Shown here one piece after another: positions 41,010-53,939 of a DNA stretch of 64,000 nt (within the stretch, counting starts at the first letter, position 1; each line of letters opens with the position of its first letter). The notes below the pieces were generated by a model that was not told the DNA's origin, did not search any database, and saw only the letters and a program-made list of their open reading frames with translations. This DNA comes from Paraspadella gotoi (lineage: Eukaryota > Animalia > Chaetognatha). The DNA is taken from positions 19,475,590-19,539,589 of the forward strand of contig CM119264.1 in the NCBI GenBank assembly GCA_051294375.1, given 5' to 3'. The position numbers and the translations under genes were made by a program.

Positions 41010-42039
41010 ATTGGTGAAAAGAAAAGGCTAAAAAGCGAATTAGGAGAAAATTCCCTCGTTTGATCGCCTAGTAACCAGGGAACAAGCGATTGAACACGAG
41101 GCCATTGCAGGGTTTTTCAAGTGATTGGGGTGAAGGATGGTCCGCGATCAGCGGCGATTGGAGCATTAAGCGGCTTGCAGGGTTTTCATGTGATTCGGGT
41201 GAATGAACGTTGGTTTCGGTCTGAGCAGTCATCGCTTGATCCGGAATTCGGTTATTTTCAAGAGAAAAAAAAAGAGAGAGAGCTTTCCAGTGATTTTGAC
41301 AAAGGTGACTGAAAATTCTATCTAATAGATCGACTTTAATAAGAAAGACTCGTCGTCTTATGATTTAATGTTTTGACCAGAGATTATATCCTCTGAGCAC
41401 TTACAAAAGGGAAAGGGAGCGTGTAGTTTTGAGGAGGGAATAGATTGGCTTGGAGGAGTTAATTATAATTATATACAGCGGAAAATATGATTAACTGGCG
41501 GTAGGTGAATGATTCGACCTGAATCAGAGTGATCTGATTCTGTGGCAGATAAAAAAACACTCGTGGTCGATGATTGGATTGTGGATCTGCGGGAAGAAAT
41601 GAATGAGATCGACGGGCGTGACAAGAGTCGTTTTTAACCACGTGATGGACCTCAACTCGACGACGACGATGACGACGACGATAACGACGACGTCGACTTC
41701 AACGATCACCATTTTAAGGAGAAGACGAGGAAGACGACGATGATAAGAAAGAAGTCGATGACCGTAATTTCGAGCTGAAGATTCTTCGGGTTAAAGTGAA
41801 GCCGCAAAGATCAAAATGACTTATTCAGGAGAAATAGACGACTGCATTTAAGCGAGACGGCGCGTGTCACATTCTCGTGTTTTTGGTCTTAGATCTGGTA
41901 GACAAAGAGAAAGTTTTTTTTCTAAATCTGAAAAAATTGAGTGAAAAATTATAGCGCTTCTGGCTACAGGACTGAATCATCGTTTAGCTGCAACCTCCCT
42001 GACCTCTCAGTAAAAGATACAAAAAACGAGGTTGGCTGG

Positions 42040-42103
<64 letters not shown>

Positions 42104-43358
42104 TGATTCACCTTCTCACTTCCCTCTCCCATCATCTCTTCCAAGGGTTCGATTTAATCGCGAGCGTCAAGCCCGTAACCCTGGCCGCGCGACGAGGAAC
42201 GCCGTAAAATTATCAAAGGCATCAAGGACGTTTTCTACAGGGACTGAGTCGCTGTCTCTCACACTTTCGCCTAGAGTACAAGTTCATGAATGCAAATAGC
42301 GATTTAGTTTTCTCGCGAAACGAAGTTGCCTCAAACAGAAAGTGGCCTCGAAACTTGGGCCTTTTTTACTTCCTTCTTGTAGATTATTTAACTTATGGAA
42401 CAGGAGTAAAAAACCAGAGAGAGAGAGAGAGAGAGAGATGATTCTTCTTTAAGAAGAATATTCAAGATTTAACGTCTTAACGAAACTATCGAAAAGCTGT
42501 CTTTGAGAGATGCGTCGCCGCACACAAAGAGTGTCGAAAATGCTCGTTTATTGCTCAGTCAAACACTAAGAAACAAATACTGAAAATAAAAAACCCTCTA
42601 GCGAAAAAAATGAAACCGGGAGCTTTTGAAAGCGAACGTTGATAAATGAAGTCTCGTCTCCAGCAGAAAGGAGGAGAAAAACCTTTTTTTTCCCCTTCTT
42701 CTCATTCCTACTTCCTCCTCCATTTCTTGCCTTCTTTTGACGTATCGCTATGTTTTCTATCCATCTTCTTGCTTCTTCCTTACCATTTTTTCCTTATTAT
42801 TTGCTACTATCCCCCTTTCCTTCCTTCCCTCTCCGTTCTTTCTTTTCCTACTTTCTAACGTCCTTCCACCTCCCTCTCTCCGAGTTCCCTCCTCTATAGA
42901 ATTGCAGAATTCAACACGAAAAATCCCCGAGTACGCGTCGTTGGCCGCTGTCTCTCGTGAAAAAAAAATCTTTCTTATGTTTGTGATAAAATTCTCACAA
43001 TAAAAACACGACTCCGAAAAGAACGCAACCAGCCAGTCCGAGGTTTACCTACTGGAAATTTCGAGTATTGCATTTCAGAGATTTCTGTGACAATACCGAA
43101 GTACACTCTTTCTGTACGACAAACTTAATAATAAATAAAAAGTGTAGTAATATAAATTAATGGCGAATTATTATCGGATTTCGCTTTTCAAATGTTAAAA
43201 TCTTCGTAAAAACCTTGTACCAATAAATAAAGAAAAGAAACGCCCGACAGTTGGAGTTTGTTGATCTCTGTCTTCAGTCTTCCATAAAACCTCATCAAAA
43301 AAGAAATTTGAAAATAAAAAAATGAGAAGCAAAAGGAAGCGCATGTAAAGTATCGCCT

Positions 43359-43522
43359 TGAGGAGACAGTAATTGTTATGAGTTATTGACAGAATCGTTC
43401 AATATAATTAGTCCCTGAGCTTCGGAACAGGCTGTAAAACCGTGTTACAGGAGGGTTCAGCACCCCGTCCCTCTTAACTGCTAGGCGACCACCGGGATAG
43501 AAACCCGGACCTTTGGGTTGGG
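43359..43522 (-). mobile_element. Family A LTR fragment A3, truncated at a MITE
   Basis: Matches the first ~165 bp (on +) of the family A LTR. Confidence 0.8.
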
Positions 43523-43855
43523 GCTTTATTTTCCCAGAACGCCCCATTTTAGATTAAATTCGGAATTAGGTTAATTTTTTTAATTAAAGATTAGGTTAAA
43601 GGTAAGGGTTAGAGATTAGGTTAGGGATTAAGTTAGTGATTAAGGGTAAGGACTTGGTTTGTGATTAAGGTGAGTGATATGGGTTAGATCTAGAGTATAG
43701 GATTAAAGGTGAGGGTTAGAAATTAGGTAAAAGGGTTAGTGATTAGGGTTAAGGATTGGTTAATAAGCTTAAGAATATACTTAAGTTAAATATTAAAGTT
43801 AATATTAAATTCTGGAATAAACGAACTGCAATGGGCACTCTAGGAAAAGAGAGCC
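43522..43855. mobile_element. MITE-like element with degenerate TTAGG/TTAGGG interior
   Basis: ggctttattttcccagaacgccccatt vs aatgggcactctaggaaaagagagcc (imperfect ~27-bp TIR); interior 43590-43762 is a degenerate telomere-like array. Confidence 0.6.
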
Positions 43856-44265
43856 TTTATTTCATATCTGAATTAACTCGCATCATCGCATCTGTCTGGT
43901 CTTGTCTTATCAAGTTCATTACTTAGCCGCAGTTTGACTTTTCCTAACTATAAAACGTTATCGTGCTGACAATTTCAGCATGTCAATCCCTGTCATATGT
44001 GAAAGGTGGTTTTTTTAAAAGAAAAGAAAAAAATCACCATAATGAAAATATACCACAACAATCAGGATAAAAACAACAATAAGTGACTATAACGATGCAA
44101 CAGCAAAAAGCTTCGCCAAATTCGACGACGACGACGACGACGACGACCCCTCGACCTTGACGTCCGCCGCGTCGCCGCGTAGATCACAATTATCGTCGCC
44201 GCCGAGCGTCGCTTTTCGATTCCCCGTGAAACCCGGCGTGGGGGACTCACTGCAAAAAGCCAAGC

Positions 44266-44620
44266 GATCACGTGATCGTTGACGCGAAATCACGAGAAGG
44301 CGAATGTAAAACATCAATTTTAAGCGAAAGCGTCAAAAATTTTTTAACATTAACAATCTCGAAAAAGATTACAATTTTTTGTAAATGTTTTTTTATTTTA
44401 CTGACACCACTAAATACATATACGATATATAATGTAAATCTCAGGCAGCAAGTGACGCTCTCTTGACGCGTCCATTTGGTGTGAATGAAGATGGCGCGCG
44501 TTGAAGCGAAATCTCAGCCACCATACTAATTGGTTGAGCGAGGGTTACCTTTTTCTTTAGCTACGCGTCGTCTTCACGTGACATAACAATGTCACGTGAT
44601 ATCCTGGGGTCACGTGGAAG
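44266..44620. promoter_or_regulatory. Candidate promoter/enhancer: E-box cluster with YY1-like and CCAAT motifs
   Basis: Four TCACGTG sites (44268, 44574, 44592, 44610), AAGATGGCG at ~44488, ATTGG at ~44529, in a CpG-rich island. Motif inference only. Confidence 0.45.
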
Positions 44621-45257
44621 CCGTGAGGCTCCCGAACAACGACGACTTTTCGCAGGCTAATCGCCTCTTTATCCTAACGACCATCGCCCGGGGAGAGGCA
44701 GCGAATTGACTGAGGAGAACGGGGAAATCGGGGTTAGTAAGGGACAAATATTAACGGTTCTAATAGGATTAATCAGAGAAAGATATAACCAAAAAATTAA
44801 ATAAAATGTATCAAAGTTTTGCTCAATCTTTAAAATAATTATCTAAGCTACCTTTTGAGATTTAATATATACATCTAAGTACGTAGATAAAATCAAAAGC
44901 TTACACGACAATCTTTTCGATAAAAGAGCAAAAAAAAAAAAGGATGAAGTTGAACTGAAGAGGATTCTTCCCGGAGGTCTCAAGGAAATGATAGACGCGA
45001 AAGGACGTTGGAAACGATGGAAGTGGCAGGAGTATCTTATGTCAGCTGAGGGCATTCGGGTATCAAGTAGTTCAAGAATGGAAAAAACTAAACGAAACTA
45101 ACAGGTATGTACGTTCAGATTAAGGAGGATGAAAAAATGGAATCAATCCGATAGCAGAAGTTATATTAACCAATAAAATAATAGATTTTCTTAATATACT
45201 ATATATCGTCCTATAGTTAACATTTGTTCTTTTAAAATAAAATAGAATTTTACAAAG

Positions 45258-45361
45258 TTGTATTGTATGTATTGTATTGTATGTATTGTATTGTATGTAT
45301 TGTATTGTATGTATTGTATTGTATGTATTGTATGTATTGTATGTATTGTATTGTATTGTAT
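45258..45361. repeat. (ATTGT/ATGT)n compound microsatellite
   Basis: Direct reading. Confidence 0.9.
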
Positions 45362-45917
45362 TTACAAAAAAATTGAGCATTTGAGAAAGACTGCAAGATA
45401 GCCCAACACTCATGAAAGAATTATTGGGCTACGCTCTGCTGATTGGCCTCAGGGTGGAAAAAACGCTTTCGCTGAACGAGTACGGGAAAGAGAGAGTGGA
45501 AGTAAAGGTCAGGCAAGCAGAGAGGAATAGGAAAAAAAATTAAGGGGCTAAAAAAACCGGAATAGAGGTCCTGGGGAAAAAGCGAAGCATAGTAGTAAAG
45601 AAGCGAAGCTATTAAAGGCGACAGAAGAACAAGAAAACAAAAAAAAAAAAGAGACGGAGTTTTTGAGCCGTGGCGAGGCGGGGCGAGGAGAAACAGTTTA
45701 TCCAGGCGCTAAGAGAAGAGCCTCTTGGTGGGGGGGGCGTTAAAGGCCATGTAAGCGCCGAAATCGGAAGTGACGATCGCGTTGAGACTTTGAAATCGGA
45801 AGTGGGAGGCAGGAGGGAGGACGAGAAGTAGGGACGGAAGCTGTAACTTAGATCGGGGGGATGACGAGGGACAAAGGAGGTGACGGGTCGTGAACAACTT
45901 TTGTTGCGACGATCTGG

Positions 45918-45952
<35 letters not shown>

Positions 45953-45957
45953 GAGAA

Positions 45958-46011
<54 letters not shown>

Positions 46012-48138
46012 TTATTTGGATATTTGTTTATTTGGTTGTACCAATTGTATATAAACACGACAGAGTTAGATTGATATACAGGTGAAAACTGGTTTTACAA
46101 ATGAATTTTTATCGTGTCACGAGTTTTCTCAAAGGTAGTAAAATTTCTTGGTGCAAGCTAAACTGCGAAAAGAAAACTTCAGAAAGAAAACCTTTGGGGT
46201 GAGAGGCTGACGTACTCAGACCGACCCCCGAGCCTTCCAGGATATCATTTATCTTGTGAGACTGATTGACCTTGACGTCAGAGAAGGAAAAGTCAGATTT
46301 AGAGAAATTATGCAAATAAGATTATCCTTGGAAAACGTTTTAATAGAAAGAGGAAAATATTCGGACCCTCCAAAGATGGCAGAGAGTTTGCATGTGATAA
46401 CGTAAATGAGAGTAATTTTTGTAAATTGTTTTAAAAATTATTTGACCGATTGAATTGCTCTCTTTTAGTATTATTTGCCCGTTTAAAAAAAGACGATATC
46501 TGAGATTCGACATAGATTCGTACTGTGCTCCAACACGCCCTATTTATCCGAATATCCGAATTCTCAGACCTCTTACCGAAAATTTCGTCGCGTCGTGTGG
46601 TGTCAAAAAAGGATAAGGGGTGGCGTCTGGCGGAATCAAAATGGAGAAGAATGAGACAGATGCTCTCTCGACCGTGATGGTCATCCAGAGCAGATGCTAG
46701 CAGATGCTCGATCTTCTCGAGACAGGTGCAACTCAGGGTATGACGTCTCATAAAAGCGAAAGCTTTAGCGAGAAAAGTGTCAAAGATGTTTTTTTTTGGG
46801 ACTAAGACTACAAAATATTGTTCTTAGTTGCTAGTTCTTAGTATCAATGTTTTCATTCGAAAGAATAATGCCGCATTTTTCCAACTTCGTAGTTTGCGTA
46901 ATGTGCCTGAGTCAAACATATTATCTTTCGTCGTTCGTAAGTAACGAACAACGTTAATCGCATCAAGATTCTTAAACGATCGTTCCCCTCTGTACTTCAC
47001 CGAAAAAAGTTTTAAAAAGAAACGCATAAACGCCTCAAATTTTTTTCAAAACTCCCTCATTTAAAACAGAAAAAAAAACTTGTAGAAAAACGGTTTTTTC
47101 CTTCGTCGGCGGCGTTAAAAAAAGGTTGTTAAGCCGTAACTCGGAGGCCCATGACCCGCCATCAGGCTGAGTCCATAAAAGCGAAGGAAAAACAAATACG
47201 AGAAGCGAATTCGAGGCGAACGCGTTTCGTCGCTAGAGATGAAAACAAACGCTCGCCCCTCGCGCTCCATCCGGTACGAGACGGAGAGAGTTGGTGGGAT
47301 TTAGAATTGGGGGACTGGGGACTGGGTAGCGTGATCGGTTTGGAAGAAAAAAGCGGTGGAGACTGGAGATTTGAAAAAAAGAGGGAGATGTAGTTGGTCC
47401 ACTTTCAAACGCAATGGAGCGAGTAATGCTCCGCGTAATGCTCGATCCATTCGTGGATGGTGACAGGGCACCGAGCTGGGGGATCGGACCGGGGAAGGAG
47501 ACTCTCGGCGTCCCTATCTTTCTCTCGCCATGATTCCAACATCGACCTCGATTTGTTCTATATTCTTCAAGAAGGAAAAAACTAACTGGAAAGCTCCAAA
47601 GAATAAAGTATGTTTTGAAACAGTAATTTTTTTTCCCGATTTAGAGCATTTTTTTAGAGAATGGGAAAGGGGAGCGCTCATGGGAAATTCGTCAACCCCC
47701 CCCCCCTGTTATCCCTTCTTTTTGCAGAGCGACGGGCCCGAAAGTAGGTTGCACCGTGTTTCGCGAGTGTGAATGAATAATTCAAAACTGAATACTTGCC
47801 CCGTTGATATCGTTAGAAGTCGGAAGGACGTTTTACGGGCGCCATCGATTTCATCGTTATCGCCGTCGTTGTCGTTATTTTCGACGTCGTTATCGTCGTC
47901 GTACACTTCTAACAAAAACAAGAACCGCGCCACTTTATTACTTTAAATATCAGACACTCTATAAAGACATTTTTAAAATTTATATAAGAAAAATAATGTT
48001 TAAATTTTATTACAATTGGTCAAGTGGTTTAGAAGATATGATTTTTTAAACTTGAGTATTCCAAAATCAATCGGAAAAATCGAGTTTCATTTAAAAGCTT
48101 TAGAATCATTAACCTTGTCTTTCATTATATGTTTCAAT

Positions 48139-48592
48139 TGAAGAGACAGTCATTATTGATAAGAGTTAATGACAGAACCGTTCAATATAAGCAGTCCCTG
48201 AGCTTCGGATCAGGCTGTAACACCATGTTACAGGCGGGTTAAGCGCCCCGTCCCTCTTAACTGCGAGGCGGCCACCGGGCTAGAACCCCAGACCTTTGGG
48301 TTGGGAGGCGAATGACTTGCCTCCGGCACTAATGGACGCTGATGAACGGTTGGTGGATTTTAGTCCTCCATACATCCCCCCTCCCATAGGGAGAAGTCTA
48401 TTGCGTCTCTGTTGTTGTTGGTGGAAACTGCGTCACCAAGTTGAGGCAAGTCGCCTGATGTGTTGTTGGCGGAAAGTGCATCGCCAGGTTGAGGCATGTC
48501 GCATGTTCGGAAGTCGGGCTCACCAATGAAGAGACAGTAATTATTGATAAGTGTTAATGACAGAACCGTTCAATATAAGCAGTCCCTGAGCT
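48139..48592 (-). mobile_element. Family A TRIM copy A4 (complete 3' LTR, internal region, 66 bp of 5' LTR)
   Basis: LTR 48139-48374, PPT GGGAGGGGGGA on minus immediately adjacent, PBS 48513-48525, partial LTR 48527-48592. Confidence 0.85.
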
Positions 48593-49348
48593 GATGAAGG
48601 CCTGAAGAACAACGCCGTCTTCGTAGTTGTCGTTCCCACAATTTCTTTTCAAATTCGTCACTTAAAAACCGAACTCTTAATTCATGACGCGTTGGTTTTC
48701 TTTTTTTATCTTATTTTTTAACTAAGAATCCAAGACTTTTCTCATAATAGTAAGTAGCTATTCTATTTTTCATCCGTCACATTCGTAAGGAATCGTTGTC
48801 TTCATCATTTTCTACTTCTGCCGTCTTCTTCATCGACGTCGTCGTTATTGTTATCCTCGTCCTTATCTTCTTGCGTAACGAATGTTGTTGTGGAACGGCA
48901 TTTGGTGACAAAGGATCCTAAATGTGAGGAAGACGGAATACGAGAGAGATAGCGAGTTAGTAGCAACCAGTTTTTTCCAGATATTTTCTATTTACATTTT
49001 CGAGGATATATGTATGTATTTTTTATGTATTATATCTATATGTATTTTCTAAATATACTTGACTGTTAACTTTCAATTCAAAAGTAAAGGTTTCGCGCGT
49101 ATTACATTACTCAATTTTCTCCCCGAGTCTCCCCCACACTCTCTCCCTCAACCCGCGACTTAATAATCAGGGTTAACTTGGCGCGTGAGCACGGGAGAGG
49201 GAGAATGCAAAGTCATTCCCTGAAAGGTCTCCTCTCCCCTCGCCCTTTCTCTGAAACGTCGCTCAACCGTCCTCGCTCACCCGGAAACTTACCCTCTTAG
49301 CACACCATGCCTCGCCCGTTTAGTCGAATCACCTTAACTCAGTAGAGA

Positions 49349-49418
<70 letters not shown>

Positions 49419-49695
49419 TTTTCTTTCTCTTTCTTTTTCTCTCTAACTCTTTCTCTCTATCAATATCTCTACCATTTGTTTTCATTTTCGGATTTGATCT
49501 GTAGAGGCCAGCAGTATACAAAAGGCCAAAACCAAAAGACTAACGTTGAAATCGAAGTGTATTAAAATTTGTAACTTAACTAATCTAAAATAAAAGCTTA
49601 TCGAACAACGAAGGAAGGCAAACCAACTTTAATTCACTAAAGCGGGGTTATCGTATTAGCATCCGTAGCAAAGGTTTCGCAAGTAATTCGCTGAG

Positions 49696-51529
49696 ATGTG
49701 GCGACCGTCGGCGAACGGAGCGGGAGTCGTCGAGTATCGGGGAGAACAATTTTTAGAAAAAAACAAAAGACGTTCGCGGGAAAGCGAAACGAATGGCGCC
49801 GGAACGGAGAGAAGAAGACTGGCGAACGTCGTCGTCGGCGACTATAATAAAGGCAACATCAATAACAATCAGGGCGAAACTCGAGCGGACGAAAAGAAAG
49901 TGGAGATGCCGATCCTCGGACTGGCGGGTCTCTTGTGCTGTGCCATCGCTATCATCTTGTCTGCCGTCCTTTCTGGGTAAGAGACAGTTTACGTTGCACA
50001 GAGAAGAGCAGTCAATCTTTTTTTCTAAATTTGTATCGCTCTTTTTCAAATGAAATTTACTATAAGAATTTTTTTTAAAAATTGTATTGCCCAAATAAGT
50101 TTATAACACACCATTTCAGAATTTACTTATTAATTATATTTTCAAAAATGTTGCGTCAGATTTTGGTATCACTACACTTGGATATTGACGTCGATGTCGC
50201 TTATCGTGACCGTCGTCTCTATGACTCGGCAAGACAAATCCAGAATGCGCGCTCTCATCAAGTAAATAGCATCAATTTACACTTGGAGTATGTCGTCTGA
50301 ACTACGTTTTCCTATTTAATTATTTTCCTCTTATTCTTAACCAATAATCGTCCCTCCACCTAAACGCCTTGCTCTCCCTCCTATCAACATCCCATTCAAC
50401 CCTCTACATCACCTATAAGCGCGCTATCGCTCGTCCTCGGTCTGGTGAGTATACTTTGGTGCAGCGTAGAAATAGGAACCTGCATGCATTTCTGCGCCTG
50501 CCAGTTTTGGAGCGACAAAAAGATGATGTTCTACATGATGTTGAGGAAAGAGTTGCGTCACAACGGGAATACGGATTACGGCTCCTGTTGCTTCCCCATA
50601 TTTCCGCCCATTCCCGTCAAAGACAAGCGTGAGTTTAAGATGTTTTCTCAGTTATTACTGATATTGATTGGCACTTTGATTTGTTTTATTTCAATAAGAA
50701 TTTTATTTCATTTGGTACAACGTGGTGATTCAGTAAATGAATTTTAAGTGGGAAAAGAAAATTATAATCTTTTAAGATTGTCAGGTAAAGAATGAAGTCA
50801 TGCTTTAAATAATCAATAAGAATATATCTTCGAAATGTTAAGCATAATAAGATAAGACGCGGAGCCATGTCCCCCCCATAAAAAAATAATGAAAATCGCT
50901 AGTTTTTTATAGGTTTTTCTATAAACATATTCGTTACTTATCCATTTAATATTTCAGATACAAAAAATCTGACCGAATGCTATTCGAATCCCGTCACCTT
51001 GACACACTATGCAATATACGAAGGTGTGAGCGTGAAGAGTTGCGGGGACCTGTACGACATTCCGGACATTTGCAGCACAAGAGAATGGTTCGCTAAGAGA
51101 GACGAGTGGGCGCTCACAGGTAAATCGAGTTTAGTAAAAGCTTTGAGAGATGAATTTTGATAGATGCGTGAGAAATCGATTTCCAGAGACCATAATCGAT
51201 CAAAAAAACAAACAAAAAAATGACGGAACGTCAGCATTGGGGACTAAAATATAAAATATGTACTGAGTACATTGTACTCCATGTGTAACTATATTTTACA
51301 AGTTGTATGCTAAATAAACGTTACTTGCCAAAGGTTTAGCCTTGACTTTTGTTTGATCTTTCCTTCCGTGATGTGTTTACAAAGTTCACGCCTCATGGTC
51401 TCTCACTTTCTCCTCGCATCCAATAACGCCCCATTAACCCTCGCAGACAAATGGGCGTGGAAAGGAGCATCGCCTCTCTTCAGCGGAGGCGGCGGAAAAA
51501 AAGGCGGCGTCGGAAAAAAGAAAAACTAG
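49696..51529 (+). CDS. Uncharacterised multi-pass membrane protein (3 predicted TM helices followed by a Cys-rich domain), 5 exons
   Basis: Exons 49696-49976, 50160-50261, 50420-50628, 50958-51119, 51447-51529 are all GT-AG and phase-consistent with no stops. Hydrophobic segments ILGLAGLLCCAIAIILSAVLSG, YTWILTSMSLIVTVVSM, ALSLVLGLVSILWCSVEIG; ends GKKKN*. Start codon and last exon are less certain. Confidence 0.75.
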
Positions 51530-51707
51530 AACAAAACTTAGAGCACATTGTGATGTAAAGAAATTGATACCAGTTTAATAACATGATTTTAGAAGGAGTG
51601 TACTTATCATGGAACGCAAAATAATAATAAAGACGAAATCTCCTCAATACTCATGGCTAAATTAGATTTCCTAATAAACTATATATTACTATATTATATT
51701 ATATTAC

Positions 51708-51792
51708 TGAGAAGACAGTAATAATTGTTATGAGTTAGTGACAGAATCGTTGATTATAAGCAGTCCCTGAGCTTCGGATCAGACTGTAACAC
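51708..51792 (-). mobile_element. Family A LTR fragment A5
   Basis: 85-bp match to the same LTR end as the other copies. Confidence 0.75.
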
Positions 51793-53091
51793 AGACTGTT
51801 TTGAAGGTTGAAATATTTTCTGCTCTTGTCTAAGAAAGTGGTAAAGCTGGTGAGCAAACCAATCAGTAAAAAGAGAATATAGTGAAAGCTCGGCTACAAT
51901 TTCTTAAAAATTAAAGACGACGACTCAAAAAATAAATGAAACTAAAAACACAACTGAAGATTCGCAAAATCAGCGAAATGAAGTTTTTTTCTTTTCTATA
52001 TATCTTAGATTCAGAGACGGACGTGATGAGGGGCGAGAAATTTGATTCCCGCTCCATGGATCGAAATCTAAAACGCGAGAGGCTGTATATGAAAAATAAA
52101 TTAGCATAGAATCACTGTAATCAATTATGCAAGACGAGTTATATTAAAAAGTGAGGTTCCGTCATATTGTGACGAGGATAATTTGCGTAGTTAAAATTGT
52201 AGCTTGATGAAATCTAGAAAAAAAACTTGTTGCACAACGAAATTTCTCCTGTAAAAATTGTCAAAATTAAAAAAAAGATGTGAGATTAAAAAAATTTTAA
52301 GGAATAAAGATCGTAAAGGTCACAATAATCCTCGTTCTCGTAAAAGCTTTATCAAACAAGAATAAATTATCGAAACGTTCTTGACCTTATATAATTTTAA
52401 GTGCAGCTGTGTGCAAGCCCAAAACATGACACAACACAACACAAGTTTTCTTAATTTTTTATGAATAGTTAGCATAGAAATGCTTGGCATTTGTTTCCAT
52501 CTGTTTCCAGAAATGACATTTTTTCTTGCTTAAAATTCTACTTTTTTCTCGACCTTCGGGTCCTTTTTACTTCCATTTGGCCCTCCACTCCCCAGTTCAA
52601 GTTCCTTCCGAAAAGTGCTTCCGCTCGCCCGGAAAAAGTAATAATTATAATTATTAGTATTATTTCGACTTTCTCCCGCCATTAATTTATGCTCCTAACC
52701 AACAAAACTTTTATGCAAAATTCAACAATCATCTATTTTTCTGTGTTTAAACTTTTTTTTGTTCTTCCTGTGCTTCTCATCGATCGAAAAATGTGTGGGC
52801 GATTGTTTTTTTCTTTTCCTCTCGTGGATTTTTTTCTTCAGCTCCATCTACTGTAGATCTCTGGCTTCATCCTTTTTCATTGCAATGTTATCTTCGCTTA
52901 TTTTCTCAAACATTTTTATATCTTCTCCCCGATTTAGATTCATATACATATTTTTTTATTTTATAGAAATTTAAATACTATTTGTTAGTTAATCTTTTGC
53001 TGAATTGTTTATTTTAAATGCTGCGTAATGCGTAACGATTTTTAATACGCTGCTTTCATCCTTCCACCTCCGCGAGATCGTGATGAAGGAA

Positions 53092-53181
<90 letters not shown>

Positions 53182-53199
53182 CATCTCCAGAAAATTCGT

Positions 53200-53274
<75 letters not shown>

Positions 53275-53833
53275 GAAACATCTCCAGAAAATTCGTGAGA
53301 TAAAATTTCTCGTCGACTCAGCGAAAAAAAATTGTTTTCTCTAATCTGAGTATTAGATTGATCCGCATATTTTATTATTTGCGTTCAAAAATTTATTTTT
53401 AACTAAAAAAAAAAAAACAAAAAAAAAAAACCAGACTTTAAATGCGGCTGCTTATATTATAAATTCAGAAGAGACGAGGGAAATGAGAGAAATCGGCTCC
53501 TTTTGTCGAATTCCGGTGGAATGAATTTAAAGTCGAATTTCCAGAACCGTCAGGTTTTGGTAGAGAGTGCAATTAAGGGCGGAAATGAATGTGGCTGCTC
53601 TAGTCGATTATCGTGTCGGAGGTGGAAGTGGGAAGATAGAGAATCAAATGAATGAATGAATGAATGAATGAATGAATGTATAAACATTTTAATTAGTCAA
53701 ATCATCGAATTTTAAACTATAGGCTCGAGTTAGTGTTTGATTTGTTTAATCCCAAAATAAAAATTATAATATTGCCAGGTTATGTGATGCCTTTGGGGAT
53801 CTCAAGAAAGGGTTGAGGAATTTTCTACATTTC

Positions 53834-53939
<106 letters not shown>

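Noticed and set aside
43590-43762. True telomere or chromosome fusion site
   Set aside because: Short, degenerate, single orientation and enclosed by TIRs.
48194-48216. CTGATCCGAAGCTCAGGG (minus) as a 5S rRNA fragment (Cassandra/Ajax-like)
   Set aside because: Short gapped resemblance only; no box C or other 5S sequence.
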